The position numbers and the translations under genes were made by a program. DNA of 64,000 nt, from NCBI GenBank assembly GCA_032718475.1, contig JAUCBJ010001936.1, forward strand, positions 546-64,545, given 5' to 3'. Below the pieces are notes generated by a model, which was not told the DNA's origin, did not search any database, and saw only the letters and a list, made by a program, of their open reading frames with translations. Of this stretch, positions 36,501-51,500 are shown piece by piece. This stretch comes from Nemertoderma westbladi. Its lineage: Eukaryota; Animalia; Xenacoelomorpha. The number at the start of each line of letters is the position of its first letter. The first letter of the stretch is position 1.

Positions 36501-39500
36501 CAGTAAACCCTTCCACTCTGTTCCTAAAAGGAATGCCTGTTCACCACCATGGGTGATCTTCCACAGTAAACCCTTCTACTCTGTTTCCTAAAGGAATGCC
36601 TGTTCACCACCATCGGTGATCTTCCACAGTAAACCCTTCCACTCTGTTCCTAAAGGGAATGCCTGCTCACCACCATGGGTGATCTTCCACAGTAAACCCT
36701 TCCACTCAGTTACTCTAAGGAATGCCCGTTCACCACCATGGGTGATCTTCCACAGTAAACCCTTCCACTCTGTTTCCTAAAGAAATGCCTGTTCACCACC
36801 ATCGGTGATCTTCCACAGTAAACCCTTCCACTCTGTTCCTAAAAGGAATGCCTGTTCACCACCATGGGTGATCTTCCACAGTAAACCCTTCCACTCAGTT
36901 ACCCTAAGGAATGCCCGTTCACCACCATGGGTGATCTTCCACAGTAAACATGCCTGTTCACCACCATGGGTGATCTTCCACAGTAAACCCTTACACTCAG
37001 TTACCCTAAGGAATGCCCTTTAACCACCATGGGTGATCTTCCACAGTAAACCCTCCCACTCTGTTTCCTAAAGGAATGCATGTTCACCACCATCGGTGAT
37101 CTTCCACAGTAAACCCTTCCACTCTGTTCCTAAAAGGAATGCCTGTTCACCACCATGGGTGATCTTCCACAGTAAACGCTTCCACTCAGTTACCCTAAGG
37201 AATGCCCGTTCACCACCATGGGTGATCTTCCACAGTAAACCCTTCCACTCTGTTTCCTAAATGAATGCCTGTTCACCACCATGGGTGATCTTCCATAGTA
37301 AACCCTTCCACTCTGTTTCCTAAAGGAATGCCTGTTCACCAGCATGGGTGATCTTCTACAGTAAACCCTTCCACTCTGTTTCCTAAAGGAATGCCTGTTC
37401 ACCACCATGGGTGATCTTCCATAGTAAACCCTTCCACTCTGTTTCCTAAAGGAATGCCTGTTCACCACCATGGGTGATCTTCCACAGCAAACCCTTCCAC
37501 TCTGTTCCTAAAAGGAATGCCTGTTCACCACCATGGGTGATCTTCCACAGTAAACCCTTCCACTCAGTTACCCTAAGGAATGCCCGTTCACCACCATGGG
37601 TGATCTTCCACAGTAAACGCTTCCACTCAGTTACCCTAAGGAATGCCCGTTCACCACCATGGGTGATCTTCCACAGTAAACCCTTCCACTCTGTTTCCTA
37701 AATGAATGCCTGTTCACCACCATGGGTGATCTTCCATAGTAAACCCTTCCACTCTGTTTCCTAAAGGAATGCCTGTTCACCACCATGGGTGATCTTCCAC
37801 AGTAAACCCTTCCACTCAGTTACCCTAAGGAATGCCCGTTCCCCACCATGGGTGATCTTCCACAGTAAATCATTCCACTCTGTTTACTAAAAGAATGCCT
37901 GTTCACCACCCCGGGTGATCTTCCACAGTAAACCCTTCCACTCAGTTACCCTAAGGAATGCCCGTTCACCACCATGGGTGATCTTCCACAGTAAACCCTT
38001 CCACTCTGTTTACTAAAGGAATGCCTGTTCACCACCATGGGTGATCTTCCACAGTAAACCCCTCCACTCTGTTTCCTAAAGGAATGCCTGTTCTCCACCA
38101 TGGGTGATCTTCCACAGTAAACCCTTCCACTCCTAAAGGAATGCCTGTTCACCACCATGGGTGATCTTCCACAGTAAACCCTTCCACTCTGTTTACTAAA
38201 GGAATGCCTGTTCACCACCATGGGTGATCTTCCATAGTAAACCCTTCCACTCTGTTTCCTAAAGGAATGCCTGTTCACCACCATGGGTGATCTTCCACAG
38301 TAAACCCTTCCACTCTGTTTACTAAAGGAATGCCTGTTCACCACCACGGGTGATCTTCCACAGTAAACCCTTCCACTCAGTTACCCTAAGGAATGCCCGT
38401 TCACCACCATGGGTGATCTTCCACAGTAAACCCTTCCACTCTGTTTACTAAAGGAATGCCTGTTCACCACCACGGGTGATCTTCCACAGTAAACCCTTCC
38501 ACTCTGTTTCCTAAAGGAATACCTGTTCACCACCATCGGTGATCTTCCACAATAAACCCTTCCACTCTGTTTCCTAAAGGAATGCCTGTTCACCACCATC
38601 GGTGATCTTCCACATTAAACCTTTCCACTCTGTTTCCTAAAGGAATGCCTGTTCACCACCATGGGTGATCTTCCACATTAAACCTTTCCACTATGTTTCC
38701 TAAAGGAATGCCTGTTCACCACCATGGGTGATCTTCCACATTAAACCTTTCCACTATGTTTCCTAAAGGAATGCCTGTTCACCACCATGGGTGATCTTAC
38801 AGTAAACCCTTCCACTCTGTTTCCTAAAGGAATGCCTGTTCACCAGCATGGGTGATCTTCTACAGTAAACCCTTCCACTCTGTTTCCTAAAGGAATGCCT
38901 GTTCACCACCATGGGTGATCTTCCATAGTAAACCCTTCCACTCTGTTTCCTAAAGGAATGCCTGTTCACCACCATGGGTGATCTTCCACAGCAAACCCTT
39001 CCACTCTGTTCCTAAAAGGAATGCCTGTTCACCACCATGGGTGATCTTCCACAGTAAACCCTTCCACTCAGTTACCCTAAGGAATGCCCGTTCACCACCA
39101 TGGGTGATCTTCCACAGTAAACGCTTCCACTCAGTTACCCTAAGGAATGCCCGTTCACCACCATGGGTGATCTTCCACAGTAAACCCTTCCACTCTGTTT
39201 CCTAAATGAATGCCTGTTCACCACCATGGGTGATCTTCCATAGTAAACCCTTCCACTCTGTTTCCTAAAGGAATGCCTGTTCACCACCATGGGTGATCTT
39301 CCACAGTAAACCCTTCCACTCAGTTACCCTAAGGAATGCCCGTTCCCCACCATGGGTGATCTTCCACAGTAAATCATTCCACTCTGTTTACTAAAAGAAT
39401 GCCTGTTCACCACCCCGGGTGATCTTCCACAGTAAACCCTTCCACTCAGTTACCCTAAGGAATGCCCGTTCACCACCATGGGTGATCTTCCACAGTAAAC

Positions 39501-42500
39501 CCTTCCACTCTGTTTACTAAAGGAATGCCTGTTCACCACCATGGGTGATCTTCCACAGTAAACCCCTCCACTCTGTTTCCTAAAGGAATGCCTGTTCTCC
39601 ACCATGGGTGATCTTCCACAGTAAACCCTTCCACTCCTAAAGGAATGCCTGTTCACCACCATGGGTGATCTTCCACAGTAAACCCTTCCACTCTGTTTAC
39701 TAAAGGAATGCCTGTTCACCACCATGGGTGATCTTCCATAGTAAACCCTTCCACTCTGTTTCCTAAAGGAATGCCTGTTCACCACCATGGGTGATCTTCC
39801 ACAGTAAACCCTTCCACTCTGTTTACTAAAGGAATGCCTGTTCACCACCACGGGTGATCTTCCACAGTAAACCCTTCCACTCAGTTACCCTAAGGAATGC
39901 CCGTTCACCACCATGGGTGATCTTCCACAGTAAACCCTTCCACTCTGTTTACTAAAGGAATGCCTGTTCACCACCACGGGTGATCTTCCACAGTAAACCC
40001 TTCCACTCTGTTTCCTAAAGGAATACCTGTTCACCACCATCGGTGATCTTCCACAATAAACCCTTCCACTCTGTTTCCTAAAGGAATGCCTGTTCACCAC
40101 CATCGGTGATCTTCCACATTAAACCTTTCCACTCTGTTTCCTAAAGGAATGCCTGTTCACCACCATGGGTGATCTTCCACATTAAACCTTTCCACTATGT
40201 TTCCTAAAGGAATGCCTGTTCACCACCATGGGTGATCTTCCACATTAAACCTTTCCACTATGTTTCCTAAAGGAATGCCTGTTCACCACCATGGGTGATC
40301 TTACAGTAAACCCTTCCACTCCGTTTCCTTAAGGAATGCCTGTTCACCACCATGGGTGATCTTCCACAGTAAACCCCTCCACTCTGTTTCCTAAAGGAAT
40401 GCCTGTTCTCCACCATAGGTGATCTTCCACAGTAAAGCCTTCCACTATGTTTCCTAAAGGAATGCCTGTTCTCCACCATGGGTGATCTTCCACAGTAAAG
40501 CCTTCCACTCTGTTTACTAAAGGAATGCCTGTTCACCACCATGAGTGATCTTCCACAGTAAACCCTTCCACTCCGTTTCCTAAAGGAATGCCTGTTCACC
40601 ACTACGGGTGATCTTCCACATTAAACCTTTCCACTCTGTTTCCTAAAGGAATGCCTGTTCACCACCATGGGTGATCTTCCACATTAAACCTTTCCACTAT
40701 GTTTCCTAAAGGAATGCCTGTTCACCACCATGGGTGATCTTCGACATTAAACCTTTCCACTTTGTTTCCTAAAGGAATGCCTGTTCACCACCACGGGTGA
40801 TCTTCCACAGTAAACCCTTCCACTCTGTTTCCTAAAGGAATGCCTGTTCACCACCATGGGTGATCTTCCACATTAAACCTTTCCACTATGTTTCCTAAAG
40901 GAATGCCTGTTCACCACCATGGGTGATCTTCGACATTAAACCTTTCCACTATGTTTCCTAAAGGAATGCCTGTTCACCACCACGGGTGATCTACCAAAGT
41001 AAACCCTTCCACTCTCTTTCCTAAAGGAATGCCTGTTCATCACCATGGGTGATCTTCCACAGTAAACCCTTCCACTCTGTTTCCTAAAGGAATGCCTGTT
41101 CACGACCATGGGTGATCTTCCACAGTAAACCCTTCCATTCTGTTTCCTAAAGGAATGCCTGTTCACCACCATTGATGATATTCCACAGTAAACCCTTCCA
41201 CTCTGTTTCCTAAAGGAATGCCTGTTCACCACCATGGGTGATCTTCCACAGTAAACCCTTCCACTCTGTTTCCTAAAGGAATGCCTGTTCACCACCATTG
41301 ATGATCTTCCACAGTAAACCCTTCCACTCTGTTTCCCAAAGGAATGCCTGTTCACCACCATGCGTGATCTTCCACAGTAAACCCTTCCACTCCGTTTCCT
41401 AAAGGAATGCCTGTTCACCACCATCGGTGAACTTCCACATTAAACCTTTCCACTCTGTTTCCTAAAGGAATGCCTGTTCACCACCATGGGTGATCTTCCA
41501 CATTAAACCTTTCCATTATGTTTCCTAAAGGAATGCCTGTTCACCACCATGGGTGATCTTCCACATTAATCCCTTTCACTCTGTTTCCTAAAGGAATGCC
41601 TGTTCACCACCAAGGGTGATCTTCCACAGTAAACCCTTCCACTCTGTTTACTAAAGGAATGCCTGTTCACCACCATGGGTGATCTTCCACAGTAAACCCT
41701 TCCACTCCTTTTACTAAAGTAATGCCTGTTCACCACGATGGGTGATCTTTCACAGTAAACCCTTCCACTCCTTTTACTAAAGGGATGCCTGTTCACCACC
41801 ATGGGTGATCTTCCACAGTAAACCCTTCCACTCTGTTTACTAAAGGAATGCCTGTTCACCACCATGGGTGATCTTCCACAGTAAACCCTTCCGCTCTGTT
41901 TCCCAAAGGAATGCCTGTTCACCACCATGGGTGATCTTCCACAGTAAACCCTTCCACTCTGTTTACTAAAGGAATGCCTGTTCACCACCATGGGTGATCT
42001 TCCACAGTAAACCCTTCCACTCCTTTTACTAAAGTAATGCCTGTTCACCACGATGGGTGATCTTCCACAGTAAACCCTTCCACTCTGTTTACTATAGGAA
42101 TGCCTGTTCACCACCATGGGTGATCTTCCACAGTAAACCCTTCCACTCTGTTTCCTAAAGGAATGCCTGTTCACCACCATGGGTGATCTTCCACAGTAAA
42201 CCCTTCCACTCTGTTTCCTAAAGGAATGCCTGTTCACCACCATGGGTGATCTTCCACAGTAAACCCTTCCACTATGTTTCCTAAAGGAATGCCTGTTCTC
42301 CACCATGGGTGATCTTCCACAGTAAAGCCTTCCACTCTGTTTACTAAAGGAATGCCTGTTCTCCACCATGGGTGATCTTCCACAGTAAAGCCTTCCACTC
42401 TGTTTACTAAAGGAATGCCTGTTCTCCACAATGGGTGATCTTCCACAGTAAAGCCTTCCACTCTGTATACTAAAGGAATGCCTGTTCACCACCATGGGTG

Positions 42501-45500
42501 ATCTTCCACAGTAAACCCTTCCACTCTGTTTACTAAAGGAATGCCTGTTCACCACCATGGGTGATCTTCCACAGTAAACCCTTCCACTCCTTTTACTAAA
42601 GTAATGCCTGTTCACCACGATGGGTGATCTTCCACAGTAAACCCTTCCACTCCTTTTACTAAAGGAATGCCTGTTCACCACCATGGGTGATCTTCCACAG
42701 TAAACCCTTCCACTCTGTTTACTAAAGGAATGCCTGTTCACCACCATGGGTGATCTTCCACAGTAAACCCTTCCACTCTGTTTCCTAAAGGAATGCCTGT
42801 TCACCACCATGGGTGATCTTCCACAGTAAACCCTTCCACTCTGTTTACTAAAGGAATGCCTGTTCACCACCATGGGTGATCTTTCACAGTAAACCCTTCC
42901 ACTCTGTTTACTAAAGGAATGCCTGTTCACCACCATGGGTGTGTTGAAAGTGGACGATTAAATAATGTACTCTAAGGTGGGCGGGAAATTCAAAACTGTC
43001 CTTTTGACTATGATCTATATATGACTGGATTATACCGTACCGGTCCGGTTTTGTTCTATAACTTTTGTACTTTGTCTGCAGTACCTTCCATGTAATGGTT
43101 CTGCATTATGTACAATATACTGTAACCCTACAATAAACTGCTGGTGTATGTAATCCCAATATTTCCCTATTTGTTCTGCCGGATAAAATTCAACAGGTTA
43201 TGGGCCCAGGCTGCTAAACCACTACCGGGAATAAAATTAGTGCAGGGAAGTTTCAAATATTGGGATAGGTAAATTACCCAGTAAAAGCTGTAACAAACTC
43301 GCATTTTGAGAATGTCGGAGGTAACCATAAAGGATGAATTTCGCATTGCTAAATTCAATGGCGAAAACTACCACGACTGGAAATTCCAAATGGAACTATT
43401 GTTGATAGCTAAGGATTTATGGGGTTATGCGGACGGTACCGAGGTTCTGGATCCGGCTGCCGAGGATGCTAGGCGTACAGCATTTAGGCGAGGCGACAAT
43501 CGAGCAAGGGCGATTATTTGCCTAAACATGGAAACTGATCAACAGGTTTATGTCCGGAATGCTACGACTGCCAAGGAGGCATGGACAAGCCTAAGGGATC
43601 ATTTCGAAAAGACTACGTTGGCACATGTGGTCATGTATAGGCGTCGATTGTACAATTTAATACTGAAGGAAGGCGATTCAGTATTAACGCATGTGAATGA
43701 GATTAGAAAACTCTCAGATCATTTACGGGAAATAGGCGATCCCGTACAGGAGCGGGACTTGATTGTTATTCTGTTGTCTAGTCTTCCACCATTATTCGCG
43801 AGTCTGGTAACGTCACTTGAAGGTTCAGACTTGGATACACTGACCTGGGGATCAGTTCGCGATCGGTGTCTGCATGAGGAAGAGAAAAGTAAACAGTTTA
43901 TTAATCGAGATAAACTGACTGAAAATGCCTTCACAGCATCTGCTGGTGGAAGTTCGACAAAGAAAAGTCCAATGTTTAAAAGCCCCAGTAGCAGTAGCCA
44001 CAATAAAAAATCTGGAGGTGGGGATAAACCTGGTAAATGCTATAATTGCGGTAATAAGGGGCACTGGAAACGTGACTGCTATAAGCCACCAAAATTTGGT
44101 CAAAAGGGTAAACAGTCAAGTTTGGGACAAAATGAACATGCTGAGGTTGCAGAGGAAAATGGTATGGAGTGCGGCATTGCTCTGATTACCTCAATGACAG
44201 GAACTGCAGATTGGTGTATAGATTCCGGAGCATCACAGCATATGACATTTGATAAATCGAAATATAATTCATTCAAGGAGTTGGAGCCACCACGTCCAAT
44301 TCTGCTGGGCGATAATCGGGTTGTTAATGCTGTTGGAACAGGAAATATACACATAGAGGTCGCTGTTGAGGGTAAATTGCGCTCTATTACTTTAAAAGAT
44401 GTGTTGTACCTACCTGAGCTTAGGAGAAACTTATTTTCTGTACGTGCTGCTAATAAAGTTGCTAAAGGTGTGGAAGTCATATTCACCAATGACGAATGTA
44501 TAGTGATGGTAAATGGCTGTAAGGAAATCATTGGAAAACTCAATGGTAAACTCTACCAATTCCATGAGAATGATTATTTGAATATCGCAGCTGAGAAAGT
44601 TGATATAAATTTGTGGCACCAGCGATATGGACATTTAAATTATGATAGTTTAAAACAACTAATAAATAAGAACATGATTTCCGGAATGAAGATGGCTGGA
44701 GAAAATGATAAGCTATGCGAGTCTTGTATAATTGGGAAACACCATCGATTACCATTTCCTACCAAGGAAGCTGAATCCAAGGAACGTGAAATACTGGAGC
44801 TAGTGCATAGTGACGTATGTGGACCGTTGCCGACTGAATCCATAGGGGGGTCTCGATATTTTGTCACATTTACCGATGACCGATCTCGATACATAATGGA
44901 ATTCTGTATACGAAATAAGAGCAGTGTATTTGAGAAGTTCAAAGAATATGTAGCTACTGCTGAAAATGCTACAGGAAAAAGGGTAAAAATTCTCAGAAGT
45001 GACAACGGTGGGGAATACACATCAAATGAATTCAATAATTATTGTTTGGAACGAGGTATTCAACGAGAATTCAGTGTACCACATACTCCACAGCAGAATG
45101 GGATAGCTGAAAGGCTAAATCGAACACTAATGGAAAGTGTAAGATCAATGCTCCATAACTCTTCATTGCCTAAGTGTTTCTGGGCGGAAGCCGTCAGTAC
45201 GGCTGTATACTTAAGGAATCGGAGTCCAACGTCAGTTATTAGAGGAAAGACTCCATATGAAGTTTGGCATGACCACAAACCAGACGTAAGTAATCTGCGA
45301 GTATTTGGTTGTGATGCTTACATTCATATCCCTGATAAGACAAGGAAGAAATTGGATGCAAAATCCATTCGGTGCAGATTCGTTGGTTACTGCAACGAAC
45401 ATAAAGGTTACAAATTCTTCTGTCCAGAATCTAAGAAGATGTTGGTTAGTAGAGATGTAAAGTTTATTGAGAATAACTTTGCGAAAACTGCAAAGGAGGT

Positions 45501-48500
45501 GTACGATGAATTAGGTGATAGTCATGTATTCAGTATCCCACAGAATACTGAAACTAGAGATCCAGTGGGAGCCCAGCATCTGTATGGTGATGATGGCCAT
45601 AATGTAGTGGCTGGAGGGGCCCCAATAGAGATTAATAGATATCCGCGCCGTGAACATAGAGAGCCGGAATCGGATCCAGGGGTCATTCGGGGAAACTGGT
45701 GGGAAACACGTGATTGGCGACATGACCCAATACCTCAAGCTTCAGACAATGCAGAATTCGCCATGATAATCGAGTCGGACGAGCCACGAACCTACAATGA
45801 GGCTTCACAGGGTCCATATAATAAACAATGGAAGGAAGCAATGGACAATGAAATAAACTCACTGACTGAAAATAATACGTGGAATTTGGTAGAACTACCA
45901 AATGACAAGAATCTCGTAGGGAGCAAATTGACCTACAAGATTAAACGGGATAGCAAAGGGAATGTCAGTAGATTCAAGGCACGATTGGTAGCTCAGGGCT
46001 ACTCACAGAAACAAGGAATTGATTTTAAAGAAGTATTTGCCCCTGTTGCACGCTACAGTTCAATTCGACTTCTATTAGCTATTACGAATGAACTTAACCT
46101 GGATGTGCACCAGTTAGATGTCAAGACAGCTTTTTTAAATGGGGTGATTGATTCAAATATATACATGAAGCAGCCACAGGGATACATAGATAAGGAATAC
46201 CCTAACTCTGTTTGTAAACTAAATAGAAGTATATATGGGTTGAAACAATCAGCACGTCTCTGGAATAGGAGACTTGATAAAGTCCTTAAAGGAGGGGGTT
46301 ACAGACAATCGGGGGCTGATAACTGTATTTATGTTAAGAAAGTAGATAACAGATTCATCCTATTGTCAGTATACGTGGATGACTTGATTATTGCATCAAA
46401 TTGCATCGATCTACTCAATGAAGAGAAAGCACTATTGATGTCAAAGTTTCAGATGACTGATCAAGGTGAGATAGAATATATACTAGGAATGGTTATCACA
46501 AGGAATCGTCAATCGAAGGAAATGTCAATTTCTCAGAGTCAATACCTGAAAGGCATCTTGTACCGCTTTGGGATGGACTGTTGTAATCCAGTGTTAACTC
46601 CTATGGAAGTTAATGCGAAGTTTGATAAACTCGCAGATGATGATGAGGGTATCGATACTGCACTGTACCAAGCAGTTATTGGAAGCTTGCTATATGTCGC
46701 GATTGGAACTAGACCAGATATTGCTCAGGCTGTGGGCGTTTTATCTCATTTTGTATCTAAACCTGGAGCGACACACTGGGCAGGCATCAAGCGTTTACTA
46801 CGATACATAAAGGGGACAGTGGATTACGGAATCAAATTCGTTGGAAACGACAATGGACTATTGGTCGGATATTGTGATTCTGACTGGGCTGGGGACGAGT
46901 CAAATCGCAAATCCACATCTGGTTATGTGTTTACATTCAATGGAGGGGCCATAAGTTGGCAAAGTAAACAACAACCTGTTGTTGCGTTATCAACCACTGA
47001 GGCTGAATACATTGCTCTAACTTCAGCATGCCAAGAATACATCTGGTTGAGCAGATTGCTGGTTGATATTGGGATGGCTCATCTCAATAGCGGAACTATA
47101 TATGAGGATAACCAGGGGGCGATTGCGTTGGCTAAGAATCCAATTCAACATCGTCGAACGAAGCACATAGATATCCGCTACCACTTCATCAGGGAGAAGA
47201 TCGAGAATGGTGAAGTGGATATTAAATACTGCCCAACTCAAAACATGATGGCTGATATTCTCACAAAGGGACTAGCACGGGAGAAATTCTTAGGATTACG
47301 CCATAAACTGGGTGTAATGAACCAAATAGTTCCCTAACTCACGAGATAATTGAATCGAGTGGGAGTGTTGAAAGTGGACGATTAAATAATGTACTCTAAG
47401 GTGGGCGGGAAATTCAAAACTGTCCTTTTGACTATGATCTATATATGACTGGATTATACCGTACCGGTCCGGTTTTGTTCTATAACTTTTGTACTTTGTC
47501 TGCAGTACCTTCCATGTAATGGTTCTGCATTATGTACAATATACTGTAACCCTACAATAAACTGCTGGTGTATGTAATCCCAATATTTCCCTATTTGTTC
47601 TGCCGGATAAAATTCAACAGGGTGATCTTCCACAGTAAACCCTTCCACTCTGTTTACTATAGGAATGCCTGTTCACCACCATGGGTGATCTTCCACAGTA
47701 AACCCTTCCACTCTGTTTCCTAAAGGAATGCCTGTTCACCACCATGGGTGATCTTCCACAGTAAACCCTTCCACTCTGTTTACTAAAGGAATGCCTGTTC
47801 ACCACCATGGGTGATCTTCCACAGTAAACCCTTCCACTCTGTTTCCTAAAGGAATGCCTGTTCACCACCATGGGTGATCTTCCACAGTAAACCCTTCCAC
47901 TATGTTTCCTAAAGGAATGCCTGTTCTCCACCATGGGTGATCTTCCACGGTAAAGCCTTCCACTCTGTTTACTAAAGGAATGCCTGTTCTCCACCATGGG
48001 TGATCTTCCACAGTAAAGCCTTCCACTCTGTTTACTAAAGGAATGCCTGTTCTCCACAATGGGTGATCTTCCACAGTAAAGCCTTCCACTCTGTATACTA
48101 AAGGAATGCCTGTTCACCACCATGGGTGATCTTCCACAGTAAACCCTTCCACTCTGTTTACTAAAGGAATGCCTGTTCACCACCATGGGTGATCTTCCAC
48201 AGTAAACCCTTCCACTCCTTTTACTAAAGGAATGCCTGTTCACCACCATGGGTGATCTTCCACAGTAAACCCTTCCACTCCTTTTACTAAAGGAATGCCT
48301 GTTCACCACCATGGGTGATCTTCCACAGTAAACCCTTCCACTCTGTTTACTAAAGGAATGCCTGTTCACCACCATGGGTGATCTTCCACAGTAAACCCTT
48401 CCACTCTGTTTCCTAAAGGAATGCCTGTTCACCACCATGGGTGATCTTCCACAGTAAACCCTTCCACTCTGTTTACTAAAGGAATGCCTGTTCACCACCA

Positions 48501-51500
48501 TGGGTGATCTTTCACAGTAAACCCTTCCACTCTGTTTACTAAAGGAATGCCTGTTCACCACCATGGGTGATCTTCCACAGTAAACCCTTCCACTCTGTTT
48601 ACTATAGGAATGCCTGTTCACCACCATGGGTGATCTTCCACAGTAAACCCTTCCACTCTGTTTCCTAAAGGAATGCCTGTTCACCACCATGGGTGATCTT
48701 CCACAGTAAACCCTTCCACTCTGTTTACTAAAGGAATGCCTGTTCACCACCATGGGTGATCTTCCACAGTAAACCCTTCCACTCTGTTTCCTAAAGGAAT
48801 GCCTGTTCACCACCATGGGTGATCTTCCACAGTAAACCCTTCCACTCTGTTTACTAAAGGAATGCCTGTTCACCACCATGGGTGATCTTCCACAGTAAAC
48901 CCTTCCACTCTGTTTCCTAAAGGAATGCCTGTTCACCACCATGGGTGATCTTCCACTGTAAACCCTTCCTCTCTGTTTCCTAAAGGAATGTCTGTTCACC
49001 ACCATGGGTGATCTTCCACAGTAAACCCTTCCACTCTGTTTCCTAAAGTAATGCCTTTGCACCACCACCATGAGTGATCTTCCACAGTAAACCCTTCCAC
49101 TCTGTTTCCCAAAGGAAGGCCTGTTCACCACCATGGGTGATCTTCCACAGTAAACCCTTCCACTATGTTTCCTAAAGGAATGCCTTTTCTCTACCATGGG
49201 TGATCTTCCACAGTAAACCCTTCCACTATGTTTCCTAAAGGAATGCCTGTTCTCCACCATGGGTGATCTTCCACAGTAAACCCTTCCACCCTGTTTCCTA
49301 AAGGAATGCCTGTTCTCCACCACGGGTGATCTTCCACAGTAAACCCTTCCACTCTGTTTCCTAAAGAAGGAATGCCTGTTCACCACCATGGGTGATCTTC
49401 CACAGTAAACCCTTCCACTCTGTTTCCTAAAGGAATGCCTGTTCACCACCATGGGTGATCTTCCACAGTAAACCCTTCCACTATGTTTCCTAAAGGAATG
49501 CCTGTTCACCACCATGGGTGATCTTCCACAGTAAACCCTTCCACTCTGTTTCCTAAAGGAATGCCTGTTCACCACCATGGGTGATCTTCCACAGTAAACC
49601 CTTTCACTCTGTTTCCTAAAGGAATGCCTGTTCACCACCATGGGTGATCTTCCACAGTAAACCCTTCCACTCTGTTTCCTAAAGGAATGCCTGTTCACCA
49701 CCATGGGTGATCTTCCACAGTAAACCCTTCCACTCTGTTTCCTAAAGGAATGCCTGTTCACCACCATGGGTGATCTTCCACAGTAAACCCTTCCACTCTG
49801 TTTCCTAAAGGAATGCCTATTCTCCACCATGGGTGATCTTCCACAGTAAACCCTTCCACTCTGTTTCCTAAAGGAATGCCTGTTCACCACCATGGGTGAT
49901 CTTCCACAGTAAACCCTTCCACTCTGTTTCCTAAAGGAATGCCTGTTCACAACCATGGGTGATCTTCCACAGTAAACCCTTCCACTCTGTTTCCTAAAGG
50001 AATGCCTGTTCTCCACCATGGGTGATCTTCCACAGTAAAGCCTTCCACTCTGTACACTAAAGGAATGCCTGTTCACCACCATGGGTGATCTTCCACAGTA
50101 AACCCTTCCACTCTGTTTACTAAAGGAATGCCTGTTCACCACCATGGGTGATCTTCCACAGTAAACCCTTCCACTCCTTTTACTAAAGGAATGCCTGTTC
50201 ACCACCATGGGTGATCTTCCACAGTAAACCCTTCCACTCCTTTTACTAAAGGAATGCCTGTTCACCACCATGGGTGATCTTCCACAGTAAACCCTTCCAC
50301 TCTGTTTACTAAAGGAATGCCTGTTCACCACCATGGGTGATCTTCCACAGTAAACCCTTCCACTCTGTTTCCTAAAGGAATGCCTGTTCACCACCATGGG
50401 TGATCTTCCACAGTAAACCCTTCCACTCTGTTTACTAAAGGAATGCCTGTTCACCACCATGGGTGATCTTCCACAGTAAACCCTTCCACTCTGTTTCCTA
50501 AAGGAATGCCTGTTCACCACCATGGGTGATCTTTCACAGTAAACCCTTCCACTCTGTTTACTAAAGGAATGCCTGTTCACCACCATGGGTGATCTTCCAC
50601 AGTAAACCCTTCCACTCTGTTTACTATAGGAATGCCTGTTCACCACCATGGGTGATCTTCCACAGTAAACCCTTCCACTCTGTTTCCTAAAGGAATGCCT
50701 GTTCACCACCATGGGTGATCTTCCACAGTAAACCCTTCCACTCTGTTTACTAAAGGAATGCCTGTTCACCACCATGGGTGATCTTCCACAGTAAACCCTT
50801 CCACTCTGTTTCCTAAAGGAATGCCTGTTCACCACCATGGGTGATCTTCCACAGTAAACCCTTCCACTCTGTTTACTAAAGGAATGCCTGTTCACCACCA
50901 TGGGTGATCTTCCACAGTAAACCCTTCCACTCTGTTTCCTAAAGGAATGCCTGTTCACCACCATGGGTGATCTTCCACTGTAAACCCTTCCTCTCTGTTT
51001 CCTAAAGGAATGTCTGTTCACCACCATGGGTGATCTTCCACAGTAAACCCTTCCACTCTGTTTCCTAAAGTAATGCCTTTGCACCACCACCATGAGTGAT
51101 CTTCCACAGTAAACCCTTCCACTCTGTTTCCCAAAGGAAGGCCTGTTCACCACCATGGGTGATCTTCCACAGTAAACCCTTCCACTATGTTTCCTAAAGG
51201 AATGCCTTTTCTCTACCATGGGTGATCTTCCACAGTAAACCCTTCCACTATGTTTCCTAAAGGAATGCCTGTTCTCCACCATGGGTGATCTTCCACAGTA
51301 AACCCTTCCACCCTGTTTCCTAAAGGAATGCCTGTTCTCCACCACGGGTGATCTTCCACAGTAAACCCTTCCACTCTGTTTCCTAAATAAGGAATGCCTG
51401 TTCACCACCATGGGTGATCTTCCACAGTAAACCCTTCCACTCTGTTTCCTAAAGGAATGCCTGTTCACCACCATGGGTGATCTTCCACAGTAAACCCTTC

